Part shown: positions 1-9,983 of the stretch, piece after piece | How the letters are laid out: each line of letters starts with the position of its first letter | Numbering within the stretch: the stretch's first letter is position 1 | Assembly (NCBI GenBank): GCA_964496635.1 | Contig: CAZCAE010000003.1 | Coordinates: forward strand, 51,658 to 115,657 | Source of the DNA: an uncultured Spirochaeta sp. | GTDB lineage: Bacteria > Spirochaetota > Spirochaetia > DSM-27196 > Alkalispirochaetaceae | DNA length: 64,000 nucleotides | Direction: 5' to 3' | The notes under the pieces: generated by a model | Told to the model about the DNA's origin: nothing | Databases searched by the model: none | The model's input: only the letters and a program-made list of their open reading frames with translations | Made by a program: the position numbers and the translations under genes

Positions 1-1298
1 TGTCGTTTCTTTCCCGCCTGCAGGAGCAGAGAAGATCGGTCATCCAACCACGAAACGGTAACCACGGTGTCGGGATCGGTAACTTTGACGTCGTTAATGC
101 GGGCACCACCCTGCTGGACCAGCCGTCGGGCGTCGCTGTTACTGCCACACAGACCGGCACTAACAAAAAGCTCCAGTACGCCGATACCATCTGCCAGGTC
201 TGAAACGGCCAGTTCGCCTCCTGGTACAACTGCAGCGGAGTTTCTGGCGCCGGCGAAAAGCGCCCTGGCTGCATCTCGGGTCTTTTCCGCTTCGGCTTGA
301 CCATGAATGAGGGTAGTAATCTCAACGGCGAGACGTTCCTTTGCAGCGTTGATACCCACGGCGTCACCGGCGGAAACGGGCGCAACAACATTCTCGATAT
401 CTGCCGGCTCAAGAAAGGTATACAGATAGAAAAACTTCCGGACATCCGCATCGGGAACATTTCGCCAGTATTGAAAAAAGTCATATGGAGAAACTTTTTC
501 CGGATCCAGAAAGACCGCTCCCTGTTCGGTTTTTCCCATCTTCCTGCCATCCGCCCGCGTCACCAGGGGAAAGGTAAGACCGAATGCCTCGGCAGGTTCC
601 GGCCCGACACCTTCCATCCGGCGGATCAGATCGGCACCGGCAACGATATTTCCCCACTGGTCGTCACCGCCAATCTGCAGTCGACATCCCCTGGTCTGGT
701 AAAGTTTCAGAAAGTCGTAACTCTGCAACAACTGGTAGTTGAACTCGATAAAGGAGAGCCCCGTTTCCAGACGCAGCTTGTACGATTCAAAGGTAAGCAT
801 CCGGTTCACCGAAAAATGGCGACCGATGTCGCGTAAAAAGTCGATATAGTTCAGCTCCGCCAGCCATTCCGCGTTGTTCACGAGTTCGTAGGTTCCGATG
901 CCGGAGTTGTCACCGACGCCACGAACCGCCAGAAAGGACTCGATCTGACGACCGATGGACGCGGCGTTGGCGTCAATTTCCTCCACCGTCATCATCTTGC
1001 GCATTTCCGTCTTACCGGAAGGATCTCCGATTCGGGCGGTACCGCCACCCACGATCACAATACCGCGATGGCCAAACTCAACCAGGTGGGCCAGTGCGTA
1101 GATCGGTACAAGGTGCCCAACATGAAGGCTGGGACCGGTCGGGTCCACGCCGACATAGAAGGTCATTGACGTGGCGTCGAGTAACGTGTTGAGGCGATCT
1201 TCGTCGGTACACTGGGCAAAAAAACCGCGTTCTTTCAGTCGCTGAAGGGCGCCGGGGCGCGGTCTGTCGGCAGTTTTTTGTCCGCCTCCTTCCGTCAC
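1..1298 (-). CDS. tyrS: Tyrosine--tRNA ligase (3' end runs off the window by a few codons)
   Basis: Missing from the ORF track; translated by hand from GTG at 1298, which overlaps the glyQS TGA. Contains YVGVDPTGPSLHVGH (HIGH-like), GDPSGK, QIGGDDQWGNI, KMGKT (KMSKS-like) and an S4-like C-terminus ending LLQAGKKR. Confidence 0.96.
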   Translation of the reverse strand, partial: MTEGGGQKTADRPRPGALQRLKERGFFAQCTDEDRLNTLLDATSMTFYVGVDPTGPSLHVGHLVPIYALAHLVEFGHRGIVIVGGGTARIGDPSGKTEMRKMMTVEEIDANAASIGRQIESFLAVRGVGDNSGIGTYELVNNAEWLAELNYIDFLRDIGRHFSVNRMLTFESYKLRLETGLSFIEFNYQLLQSYDFLKLYQTRGCRLQIGGDDQWGNIVAGADLIRRMEGVGPEPAEAFGLTFPLVTRADGRKMGKTEQGAVFLDPEKVSPYDFFQYWRNVPDADVRKFFYLYTFLEPADIENVVAPVSAGDAVGINAAKERLAVEITTLIHGQAEAEKTRDAARALFAGARNSAAVVPGGELAVSDLADGIGVLELFVSAGLCGSNSDARRLVQQGGARINDVKVTDPDTVVTVSWLDDRSSLLLQAGKKR

Positions 1299-2674
1299 AC
1301 ACCCACCCTCCGGTAGTCCCTGATTTCCTGCCGAAGCCGTGTAGTCAGCTCCACAATAGGTAATCGCACCTGTTCCATGGAATCCCGAAACCGCAGGGTC
1401 ACCGTATCGTCCGACATGGTGTCGTAGTCAATGGTGATACCGAAGGGCGTACCGATCTCGTCCTGCCGACGGTACCGGCGCCCGATGGCACCGGACTGAT
1501 CGTAAAAGGTGGTGAAATCTTCCCGAAGGCTCTCTTCAATCTTCCGGGCTTTCTCGGCGAGACCGTCCTTCTTGACCAGGGGAAAGACGCCCACCTGGAT
1601 CGGCGCCACCTTCGGATGAAGTCGAAGGACCGTACGCACATCGTTCTCGCCTACCTCTTCTTCCTCATAGGCGTCACATAGGACCATAAGGACGCTACGG
1701 GTCAGCCCCGCCGAAGTCTCCACGATATAGGGGATGAAGCGCTCTTTCGTCTCCTCTTCGAGGTAGTTGATCTCTTTGCCGCAGAATTCGCTGTGCCGGG
1801 AGAGGTCATAGTCGGTTCGATTATGTATCCCCTCCAGTTCCTGCCATCCGAAGGGAAACTCGTACTGAATATCAAACGCCGCTTTCGCATAGTGGGCCAG
1901 TTCATCGGGACCATGCTCTTCGAAACGGAGGTGGTCCATGCGTATACCCAGCTTGTCGTAATACTTCATTCGCTCGGCCTTCCAGAAATCGAACCACGAG
2001 TCGTCGTTGCCGGGCTTCACAAAGTACTGCATTTCCATCTGCTCAAACTCAACAGTCCGGAATATGAAATTCTTTGTGACGATTTCGTTCCGGAAGGCCT
2101 TTCCCACCTGGGCAATACCGAAGGGAATTTTCACTCGGGAAGTCTGAACGACGTTCTTGAAGTTGACGTAAATACCCTGGGCGGTCTCGGGCCGGAGATA
2201 CACCTTGCTCCCCGAGTCGGTAGCGGGGCCAAGATGCGTTTCAAACATGAGATTGAACTGCCTCGGTTCCGACAGGGGGTTTCCGTTGGGACTGGTCTTT
2301 TTTTCCCGCTGCTCTTCGGTGAGGTGATCCCAGCGGTACCGCTCGTTGGTTACCGTGTCCTCCACCATAAGGTCGGAAAAGTTATCTACATGCCCCGACG
2401 CTTTCCAGACAGTTGGATGCATCAGAATGGCCGCGTCCAGACCGACTATATTGTCGTGCAGCTGGGTCATCTCTTTCCACCAGACGCGTTGAATATTGCT
2501 CTTTAACTCTACACCGAGAGGACCGTAATCCCAGGCAGATGCAAGACCACCGTAGATTTCTGAAGAGGGGAAGATAAATCCCCGTCGCTTGGAAAGGCTG
2601 ACAATTTTATCCATGTTTTTTGGGTCAACGCTCATAATATCTGATTCTCCTTTTGAATTGTGTACCCTGCTCAA
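1295..2674 (-). CDS. glyQS: Glycine--tRNA ligase, alpha2 (homodimeric) type; true start probably at MSVDPK
   Basis: SKRRGFIFPSSEIYGG, YLRPETAQGIYVNF, FRNEI..FIFRTVEFEQME, IGRRYRRQDEIGTP anticodon-binding domain. Confidence 0.97.
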   Translation of the reverse strand: MSRVHNSKGESDIMSVDPKNMDKIVSLSKRRGFIFPSSEIYGGLASAWDYGPLGVELKSNIQRVWWKEMTQLHDNIVGLDAAILMHPTVWKASGHVDNFSDLMVEDTVTNERYRWDHLTEEQREKKTSPNGNPLSEPRQFNLMFETHLGPATDSGSKVYLRPETAQGIYVNFKNVVQTSRVKIPFGIAQVGKAFRNEIVTKNFIFRTVEFEQMEMQYFVKPGNDDSWFDFWKAERMKYYDKLGIRMDHLRFEEHGPDELAHYAKAAFDIQYEFPFGWQELEGIHNRTDYDLSRHSEFCGKEINYLEEETKERFIPYIVETSAGLTRSVLMVLCDAYEEEEVGENDVRTVLRLHPKVAPIQVGVFPLVKKDGLAEKARKIEESLREDFTTFYDQSGAIGRRYRRQDEIGTPFGITIDYDTMSDDTVTLRFRDSMEQVRLPIVELTTRLRQEIRDYRRVGV

Positions 2675-2677
2675 ACT

Positions 2678-4216
2678 TCACTTCGATGCTGCGGCGACCA
2701 GAACTTCCCGAGCTCCGGAAATGCGGCGCATCGCTTCGTCCTGGCCGAGAACCCGAAGGGACCCCACCAGCGGGGGCGAAACCTTGCTACCCGTCACCGC
2801 AACCCGAAGGGGCATCATGAGATTTCCCAGTTTGGTATCCATCCCCTCGGCTGCAACGCGGAAAGCCTCTTCCATCGCTTCTTCCGCCGATTCATCGCCC
2901 TCCGGCGGAAGGCCATGCTCCTGAAGAACCTTTGCAGCCGCGTTCAACCATGCCAACGTTTCCGCCGGTGTTGCCTTTTTAGGCAGTAACTCTTCCAGAT
3001 CCCAGCTGTCGACCGGTTCGTATACGAAGCGCAGAAGAGGAACGACATCGGAAAGAAGTTTCAGCCGCTCCCGGATCAGGGGCAACAGATCCCGCAGTCG
3101 CTGTTGCTCTTCCTCTTTTTCGCCGGTACCGCCACTGCCATGGACCCAGTTTTCCTGCTGCATGTAAGGAACAAGAAGACAAACCAGCCGGTCGTCGGAA
3201 CACTTCCGAATATACTGACCGTTGTACCAGTCCAGCTTCCGATAGTCAAAGACGGCCGGTGCCTTGTTGATTTTTTCAATTGAAAAGAGCTCTTCCAGTT
3301 CTTCCCGGGAGAAAAACTCCCGGGAGTCGTCATAGGCCCACCCGAGCATAGTCACGTAGTTGGTCATCGCTTCGGGAAGGTACCCCTGTCTGCGAAATTC
3401 TATAACGCTGGTTGCACCGTGCCGTTTCGAGAGTTTGCTGCCGTCTTTGCCCATGACCATAGGAAGGTGGGCAAAACGGGGCGGATCCCAGCCAAAGGCG
3501 TCGTAAAGAAGGAGATGCAGTGGAGTGGAAGGAATCCATTCCTGGGCGCGCATCACGTGACTGATCTCCATAAGGTGATCATCAATAACGTTGGCCAGGT
3601 GGTATGTCGGGAAGCCGTCGGACTTCAGGAGAATCGGATCAGCAGGGATATCCTTGTTCTTCGTCTTGATAGTACCGAGAACAAGATCCTCAAACTCGGT
3701 CTTTCCTTCCTGCGGTACCAGGAGACGCACTACCGGCTTGACCCCTGCAGCCTTGCGTTTTTTTATCTCTTCCTGCGACAGGGATCGTCCCTCAAAGTTG
3801 TAACTACCCTTCCCTTTATCGCCTTTTCGCCTTTCTCCTCCAACCGGAATATCTCCGTCCGAATCGGAGGACACCACCCCATCAGAAGTGTAATCAAAGT
3901 ACGCCCGACCGCTGTCTATAAGTTGTCGGGCATATGAACGGTAAAGCTCGACCCGTTCCGACTGGACGTAGGGTCCCCGGGGTCCACCGCCGGCGGGACT
4001 TTCATCCGCGACAATGCCCAGCCACTCGAAGGTATCGTAAATATCCCGTAGCGCGTCCGGTTGGAAACGGGTCCGGTCGGTGTCCTCTACTCTCAGAATA
4101 AAAGATCCGCCTCCGGATCTGGCGAAGAAGTAGTTGAAAAGAGCTGTTCTGACGCCCCCAATGTGCTGCATTCCCGTCGGAGACGGGGCGTATCGTACTC
4201 GTATTTCCTGTCCCAT
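2678..4216 (-). CDS. gltX: Glutamate--tRNA ligase
   Basis: RVRYAPSPTGMQHIGG, ILRVEDTD, PTYHLANVIDDH, KLSKRHG. Confidence 0.97.
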   Translation of the reverse strand: MGQEIRVRYAPSPTGMQHIGGVRTALFNYFFARSGGGSFILRVEDTDRTRFQPDALRDIYDTFEWLGIVADESPAGGGPRGPYVQSERVELYRSYARQLIDSGRAYFDYTSDGVVSSDSDGDIPVGGERRKGDKGKGSYNFEGRSLSQEEIKKRKAAGVKPVVRLLVPQEGKTEFEDLVLGTIKTKNKDIPADPILLKSDGFPTYHLANVIDDHLMEISHVMRAQEWIPSTPLHLLLYDAFGWDPPRFAHLPMVMGKDGSKLSKRHGATSVIEFRRQGYLPEAMTNYVTMLGWAYDDSREFFSREELEELFSIEKINKAPAVFDYRKLDWYNGQYIRKCSDDRLVCLLVPYMQQENWVHGSGGTGEKEEEQQRLRDLLPLIRERLKLLSDVVPLLRFVYEPVDSWDLEELLPKKATPAETLAWLNAAAKVLQEHGLPPEGDESAEEAMEEAFRVAAEGMDTKLGNLMMPLRVAVTGSKVSPPLVGSLRVLGQDEAMRRISGAREVLVAAASK

Positions 4217-4229
4217 ATAGTATCTCCGG

Positions 4230-4259
4230 ATTATATAGAGGCGACGGCACCGACTTCAA
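4230..4259 (-). promoter_or_regulatory. sigma70-like promoter for gltX-glyQS-tyrS
   Basis: Minus strand TTGAAG-N18-TATAAT, followed by GGAG RBS and ATG 13 nt after the -10. Confidence 0.6.
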
Positions 4260-4273
4260 GTTGTTGCGGCTTC

Positions 4274-5509
4274 TCAACTCTGTCGGTAAAAGGAAAGAAA
4301 GTCTCCGATACCGTGGACGGCCTTCCGTAATTCCTCCCGATCAGGCAGAAATACAATTCGAAAATGGTCCGGCTTGGGCCAGTTAAAACCGGTGCCCTGA
4401 ACAAGGAGAATATGTTTCTCCACCAGAAGGTCATATACGAACTTCTGGTCATCCTTGATATTGAACCGCTTTGTATCAATCTTTGGGAAGAGGTAAAGAG
4501 CCCCCTTCGGTTTGACCGCGCTGAGACCGGGAATATCATTTATCAGCTCCCATGCGACGTCCCGTTGCTCCCGCAGGCGTCCACCCGGCAGTACCAGATC
4601 CCGGATACTCTGATATCCTCCAAGAGCGGCCTGGATGGCGAACTGCGCCGGAGCATTACTGCACAGACGCATATTGGACAGCATGTCCAGTCCCTCACGG
4701 TAATCCCGAATCATCCCCAGACGACCGCTGAGAACCATCCATCCCGCCCGAAACCCGGCAGCCCGGTACGCCTTTGACAGACCGTTAAAGGTAATACAGG
4801 GTATATCCCTGCAGTACGCTGCAATAGAGACGTGTTCATTGTCGTCGTAGAGGATCTTGTCGTATATCTCATCGGCGAAAACGACAAGATCGTTCTCTGC
4901 CGCTATATCGTGTAGCTCCTCTATCACTTCCCGGGGATAAACCGCTCCGGTTGGGTTATTCGGATTAATTACTACCAGAGCCTTGGTTCTGTCGTTTATT
5001 TTTTCCCGAATGTCGGCGATATCGGGATTCCAGTCGGATTCCTCGTCACATATGTAATGGACCGGTTTGCCCCCGGCCAGATGTACCGCAGCCGTCCAGA
5101 GGGGATAATCCGGTGACGGAATGAGAACCTCATCTCCGTTGTTCAGAAGCCCCTGCATACTCATAACGATAAGTTCGCTTACGCCGTTACCGATGTAGAT
5201 ATCTTCGGTCTGAACGTCCAGAAGTCCCCGTGCCTGATAGTGCTGCATTACCGCTTTCCGGGCGGCAAATATTCCCTTACTGTCCACATACCCCTGGGCC
5301 TCACGGAGATTGACAATAACGTCGTGGAGCAGTTCGTCCGGGGCATCAAACCCGAAGGGCGCAGGATTTCCGATATTCAGTTTCGTAACCCGAAAACCCT
5401 CTTCCTCCAGGCGTTGCGCTTCTACCAGTACAGGACCGCGAATATCGTAGCAGACATCGGTAAGTTTGTCGGACTTGCAAAATAGACGCTCACCTTTGGG
5501 CTCTTTCAT
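4274..5509 (-). CDS. alaA: PLP-dependent alanine aminotransferase (AlaA/AlaT, class I/II)
   Basis: YDIRGPV, KLNIGNPAPFGF, INPNNPTG, DEIYDK, FNGLSKAYRAAGFRAGW. ATG at 5509 forms a TGATG overlap with the upstream gene. Confidence 0.9.
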   Translation of the reverse strand: MKEPKGERLFCKSDKLTDVCYDIRGPVLVEAQRLEEEGFRVTKLNIGNPAPFGFDAPDELLHDVIVNLREAQGYVDSKGIFAARKAVMQHYQARGLLDVQTEDIYIGNGVSELIVMSMQGLLNNGDEVLIPSPDYPLWTAAVHLAGGKPVHYICDEESDWNPDIADIREKINDRTKALVVINPNNPTGAVYPREVIEELHDIAAENDLVVFADEIYDKILYDDNEHVSIAAYCRDIPCITFNGLSKAYRAAGFRAGWMVLSGRLGMIRDYREGLDMLSNMRLCSNAPAQFAIQAALGGYQSIRDLVLPGGRLREQRDVAWELINDIPGLSAVKPKGALYLFPKIDTKRFNIKDDQKFVYDLLVEKHILLVQGTGFNWPKPDHFRIVFLPDREELRKAVHGIGDFLSFYRQS

Positions 5510-6315
5510 CACGTTTCCTTGTAGAGCCACTCGGTCACGTCCCGTAACAGTTTGCTGAGAATGAGGACGTACAGCTCACCACGCTGTTTTTCAACCAGGC
5601 GTTCCCATTCCGCACGGCTGTGGGACGAAGACACCGCATCCCGACACTTGTCGACGCATCGACGAACGTTCTGGTCCGTTCCGGCGTACGCTTCCAGCAG
5701 GTAGGCGCTGAGAGTACGTACTACCGTATCCTTTGCGTTAGCACAGAGGCTTTCAAGAGTTTTTCCGGCCGCATCAGTCTGTTCCTGTAACATGAGACCA
5801 AAAGCATAGCTCCATTGAACCCAGTCTCCCCGATGTCCCGAAACGGAATCTATAAACGCACCGTAATACTCCACGATTTCCTTTCCATCGTTGGAAAGAA
5901 GGTGGGGAATACCCAGTAACAGGGCAAAAGACGAAAGTTTACCCGGTCGGTTTTGCCGAATAGCTTCCTCGACACTCCTGATACCGTCGTTCCGTGAACG
6001 GATAACATACGCATTTACCAGCAAACGAATGTTTCCGTTAGAGAAACGGTGCCTGTCCAGCACCCGTTTTTCAAGCACTGAAATTACTGCGTCCCAATCT
6101 TCCTGCTCCAGAGCGGTAAAAAGCCGTCGATTCACAAAAAAATAGGCGTTAAGGACTGCGAACACGCCAACAAAGAGAAGAACCAGATACCAGTTCTCGC
6201 TCCAGAATATGCCCGCGTATTCCCACCCAAGAAATAATCCCGGCATCAGAAATACAAAAAGGAATGAAATGCCGATAAGGACGTTAAAGATTATGAATAT
6301 AGTCTTAAGTTTCAC
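5509..6315 (-). CDS. Hypothetical membrane protein (2 N-terminal TM helices plus helical/TPR-like domain)
   Basis: 268 aa ORF, hydrophobic N-terminus, translationally coupled to alaA. Confidence 0.75.
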   Translation of the reverse strand: MKLKTIFIIFNVLIGISFLFVFLMPGLFLGWEYAGIFWSENWYLVLLFVGVFAVLNAYFFVNRRLFTALEQEDWDAVISVLEKRVLDRHRFSNGNIRLLVNAYVIRSRNDGIRSVEEAIRQNRPGKLSSFALLLGIPHLLSNDGKEIVEYYGAFIDSVSGHRGDWVQWSYAFGLMLQEQTDAAGKTLESLCANAKDTVVRTLSAYLLEAYAGTDQNVRRCVDKCRDAVSSSHSRAEWERLVEKQRGELYVLILSKLLRDVTEWLYKET

Positions 6316-6344
6316 TATGCTTTTCCGTTATAATGATAAGCGGC

Positions 6345-6373
6345 AGTCTAATATGCAGCTAGTACTGGGTCAA
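6345..6373 (-). promoter_or_regulatory. sigma70-like promoter for the membrane protein-alaA unit
   Basis: Minus strand TTGACC-N17-TAGACT in the divergent intergenic region. Confidence 0.55.
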
Positions 6374-6386
6374 TGGTGAAACAAAG

Positions 6387-7550
6387 ATGAATAAAATTGC
6401 ACGGTCACAACTCCGGGAAGGCGTCTTTCTTACCCGGGAAACGTTTCTGGACGAGAAGTTCGTGCTCCTCTCTCCGGAAATCTCTGTAGACGAGGAGCTA
6501 CTGGAGCGGTTAGCTCGATGGCAGTTTGATTACGTCTACTCCGATGGATCCATCACCGACGAAGCTCCAGCCGTAGGCGGCGGTGTTGTTTCGACAGAAG
6601 ACGCTCCGTTTGCCGCCATTGACCAGGGACGCCAGGATGCCCAGAGCCTGAAGGAAGCCCACAAACAGTACATGGACCTGCTCCATTTCGCTGAACAGCT
6701 TTTCGGCGGTTTTCTGCAGAATAACGTTCTACCCATGCAACCCATTCATGACCGTATGAAGACCCTCCAGGGTCTTCTACGGGACCAGCGTCGCTTCCTC
6801 TTAAGAATTCCCGAACTGAATCCAGGTCATACCAACTACATCGTCGATCACGCGGTCAAGACAGCCATCGTGGCCGTTGCGACTGCGTCGTCTATGAAAA
6901 TGCCGCCACACCGCCTGATTGACATTGGTACCGCGGCTCTTCTTCACGAAATTGGAATGATTCGGCTGCCCAGCCAGCTCTATATGAGCGACCGGCAGCT
7001 CACACCCAAAGAGAAGAAGGCCATTACTACCTCTCCGGTTCTGGGATTCAAGGTACTTCGACAGTTCAACTACCCTATGCAAGTCTGTCTTGCCGTTCTG
7101 GAGTCCCGAGAGAATCTCGACGGAAGCGGGTATCCCCGAGGAATTACCGGGGACAAGCTGTCCCAGTACGCCAAAATACTGAATCCTGCCAGTACGTTTG
7201 CCGCAATGGCCTCTATCAGACCGTACAGACCACCTATTGACGGACACACCGTCATGAAGACCCTTCTCACCGGCCAGAACAGTCGATACGACAAGGAAGT
7301 GCTTCAAGCGATGGTGGCAACCTTTTCTCTCTTTCCCTACGGTACATTTGTACAATTAGCGTCCGGTAATCGGGCCGTTGTGGTTGACATCACTCCCGGA
7401 AATCCCAGAAACCCCACTGTCCGCCTGGTAACCGACCGGGAGGGTCTCGTAATTTCCGAACAACCGATTGTAGATACCGGCAATGAACAGTACGGTGTCA
7501 CCGGTGTCCTTGCTCCGGATGAAGTCAAAAAACTTCGGGACGCGATGTAA
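6387..7550 (+). CDS. HD-GYP domain protein with degenerate metal ligands
   Basis: ALLHEIGM, LDGSGYPRG, RPYR motifs; HD, HH and the distal D ligands are substituted. Confidence 0.88.
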   Translation: MNKIARSQLREGVFLTRETFLDEKFVLLSPEISVDEELLERLARWQFDYVYSDGSITDEAPAVGGGVVSTEDAPFAAIDQGRQDAQSLKEAHKQYMDLLHFAEQLFGGFLQNNVLPMQPIHDRMKTLQGLLRDQRRFLLRIPELNPGHTNYIVDHAVKTAIVAVATASSMKMPPHRLIDIGTAALLHEIGMIRLPSQLYMSDRQLTPKEKKAITTSPVLGFKVLRQFNYPMQVCLAVLESRENLDGSGYPRGITGDKLSQYAKILNPASTFAAMASIRPYRPPIDGHTVMKTLLTGQNSRYDKEVLQAMVATFSLFPYGTFVQLASGNRAVVVDITPGNPRNPTVRLVTDREGLVISEQPIVDTGNEQYGVTGVLAPDEVKKLRDAM

Positions 7551-7568
7551 GCACCGCCAGGGAGGAAC

Positions 7569-9227
7569 ATGCGAACCATATCTGTTGGTATCTGTGACGA
7601 AGGCCAAGCTACGCTGCAGGCGGGCGTCACCGTCGGAGAAGCCCTCAGCCACTGCGGCGCCGGCGGAGAAACGGCACCTGTCATCGCAGCGTTTGTCAAC
7701 AACGAGGTACGGGCACTTACCTACCGGCTGTTTATAAACGGCGATATCCGGCCTATTTATCTGAATACGTCCGAAGGGCAGCGAGTGTATCGTCGAACTA
7801 TATGTTACGCCCTGGCAATAGCAGCTTACAAAGTATTACCCAATACGCGTCTGCTTATCGGCCACTCTCTGGGAAACGCCTATTATTACTCTTTCGACGG
7901 TCGGGAGGCGGACGACACGTCAATTGAATCTCTCCGCGAAGGACTCACCCATATAGTGGAGCGGGACCTTTCCATTCGCCGTGGCGTGGTTTCCTACAAC
8001 GAAGGCATCGAATATTTCAACGACCGGAACATGCATGACGCGGCACTACTTGTGGAGCGTCACAATTACAGCGAGATAGCGGTATATCGCTGCGAGGATT
8101 TTATGGATCTCTCCCACGGTCCACTGGCACCTTCTACGGGAATGCTGAATACCTGGAGCATTGAAAAATATGGCACCGGTTTCCTTCTTGTTTTTCCAAC
8201 TGTCCGGGATTACACCACCGTTTCCCCGGGACAGCGAAGTACCACCCTTTTTCAGATTTACAAGGAATACAAAGAATGGGGTCGCGTCCTGGGAATTTCC
8301 TCAGTGGGGCAGCTCAACCATTTGACCGAAAAGGGTACCGTCAAGGATTTTATTCGGGTCAACGAAGCGTTGCACGAAAAGAAGATTGCCACAATCGCCG
8401 ATATGGTCAACCAATCGGGGGAAATTGAAAAGGTAGTCCTGATAGCTGGACCGTCATCGTCCGGAAAGACGACATTCACAAAGAAGTTGTCCGTCCATCT
8501 GCAAACGATAGGATTGACACCTATCATGATCTCCCTGGACGACTACTTTGTTCCCCGAGAACGAACACCTCTGGATGCCGACGGAAATTATGATTTTGAA
8601 ACCATACAGGCTATCGACGTCGAATTACTGAACCAGCACCTTATGGCAATCTTCAACGGTGAAGAGGTCGAGATACCGTTTTTCAATTTCAAGACGGGAC
8701 AACCGGAGTATCGTGGCCGGCTCATTAGGCTCCCACCCAGGGGTGTTCTTCTCATGGAGGGGATTCACGGTCTCAACGATGCCCTCACTCCAAAGATTCC
8801 GGCGGAACGGAAGTTCAAGATTTACGTGTCCGCACTGACCCAGCTTAATCTTGACGATCATAATCGAATCAGCACCACCGATAACCGGCTCATTCGTCGG
8901 ATGGTCAGAGACCATCAGTTTCGTGGCCACAGCGCCGAAGCGACCCTGACAATGTGGCCATCTGTACGGAGGGGCGAAGATCACAACATCTTCCCCTTCC
9001 AGGATTCGGCGGATGCGACCTTCAATACCGCCCTTGATTACGAGCTTGGCGTCCTTCGGAATTACGCTGAGCCGTTGCTGCGCCAGGTCAAACCGCGTCA
9101 CGTCATATATCATGAAGCGGTCCGGATTCAGACCTTTTTACGAAACTTCTCAACTATTCCGGAAAAACTGGTCCCTTCCGAGTCGATACTTCGGGAGTTC
9201 ATTGGTGATAGTGGTTTCCATTATTGA
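7569..9227 (+). CDS. udk: Nucleoside (uridine)/PRK-family kinase with ThrRS-like N-terminal domain
   Basis: GGAGG RBS. N-terminal TGS/SAD-like region (HSLGNAYY, DLSHGPL), P-loop AGPSSSGKTT, ISLDDYF, MEGIHGLN, RLIRRMVRD. Confidence 0.85.
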   Translation: MRTISVGICDEGQATLQAGVTVGEALSHCGAGGETAPVIAAFVNNEVRALTYRLFINGDIRPIYLNTSEGQRVYRRTICYALAIAAYKVLPNTRLLIGHSLGNAYYYSFDGREADDTSIESLREGLTHIVERDLSIRRGVVSYNEGIEYFNDRNMHDAALLVERHNYSEIAVYRCEDFMDLSHGPLAPSTGMLNTWSIEKYGTGFLLVFPTVRDYTTVSPGQRSTTLFQIYKEYKEWGRVLGISSVGQLNHLTEKGTVKDFIRVNEALHEKKIATIADMVNQSGEIEKVVLIAGPSSSGKTTFTKKLSVHLQTIGLTPIMISLDDYFVPRERTPLDADGNYDFETIQAIDVELLNQHLMAIFNGEEVEIPFFNFKTGQPEYRGRLIRLPPRGVLLMEGIHGLNDALTPKIPAERKFKIYVSALTQLNLDDHNRISTTDNRLIRRMVRDHQFRGHSAEATLTMWPSVRRGEDHNIFPFQDSADATFNTALDYELGVLRNYAEPLLRQVKPRHVIYHEAVRIQTFLRNFSTIPEKLVPSESILREFIGDSGFHY

Positions 9228-9250
9228 GTCAGGAAACCTATTTGAAAGTG

Positions 9251-9979
9251 TTATCCCAGTATCAGTCCTTCCTGAAGCATAGCCTCACCGTCGAATACGG
9301 ACCAGTCATCAGGTATTGTCGTCTCCTTACGCAGTTGATCGAGTCTGACAAGAAACTCCTCGCGGTTCACCTCAACCGCTCCAAACGACGACAGATAGTT
9401 GGTATAGGTCTGGCAGTCGATCATAGGGACCCCAAGAGTGCGAAACAACCCAACCAGAGCTGTAAACGCAAACTTACTTGCATCGCGCGCCAGCGAAAAC
9501 ATCGACTCTCCCGCAAAGGCGCCTCCAATAGCGACGCCGTAAAGGCCACCGGCCAGATGGTCGTTATTCCAGACTTCCACCGAGTGGGTGTAGCCCAGGC
9601 GGTGCAGTTTCCGGTAGGCGTCAAAGATATCGGATGTTATCCACGTCCCTTCTCCACGCTTTCTGAATTTACGACATCCGTCGATGACTTCATCAAAAGC
9701 AGCATCAAATGTAATTTTCCACTCCGGTGACGACGCCACAGTGTGAATAGTTCTACGAAGCCGCGTGCTCACGTGGAAGTCTTCGATATTCAGAATGAAA
9801 CGGGGATCCGGAGAGAACCAGAGAATAGGATTTTTTTCGTACCAGGGAAAAACTCCCTGCTCGTAGGCGGAAAGAACTATTCCCGGCGAAAGATTTCCTC
9901 CCGTTGCCAACAGTCCCCACGGATTGGCCTCACTGGGATGGGGAAAACGGATGCGCTGTGTCTCATCCAGGTATTCCAT
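9251..9979 (-). CDS. aat: Leucyl/phenylalanyl-tRNA--protein transferase
   Basis: GLLATGGNLS, AYEQGVFPWY, WFSPDPR, HSVEVW, GGLYGVAIGGAFAGESMFS, DASK. Confidence 0.96.
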   Translation of the reverse strand: MEYLDETQRIRFPHPSEANPWGLLATGGNLSPGIVLSAYEQGVFPWYEKNPILWFSPDPRFILNIEDFHVSTRLRRTIHTVASSPEWKITFDAAFDEVIDGCRKFRKRGEGTWITSDIFDAYRKLHRLGYTHSVEVWNNDHLAGGLYGVAIGGAFAGESMFSLARDASKFAFTALVGLFRTLGVPMIDCQTYTNYLSSFGAVEVNREEFLVRLDQLRKETTIPDDWSVFDGEAMLQEGLILG

Positions 9980-9983
9980 CTAT

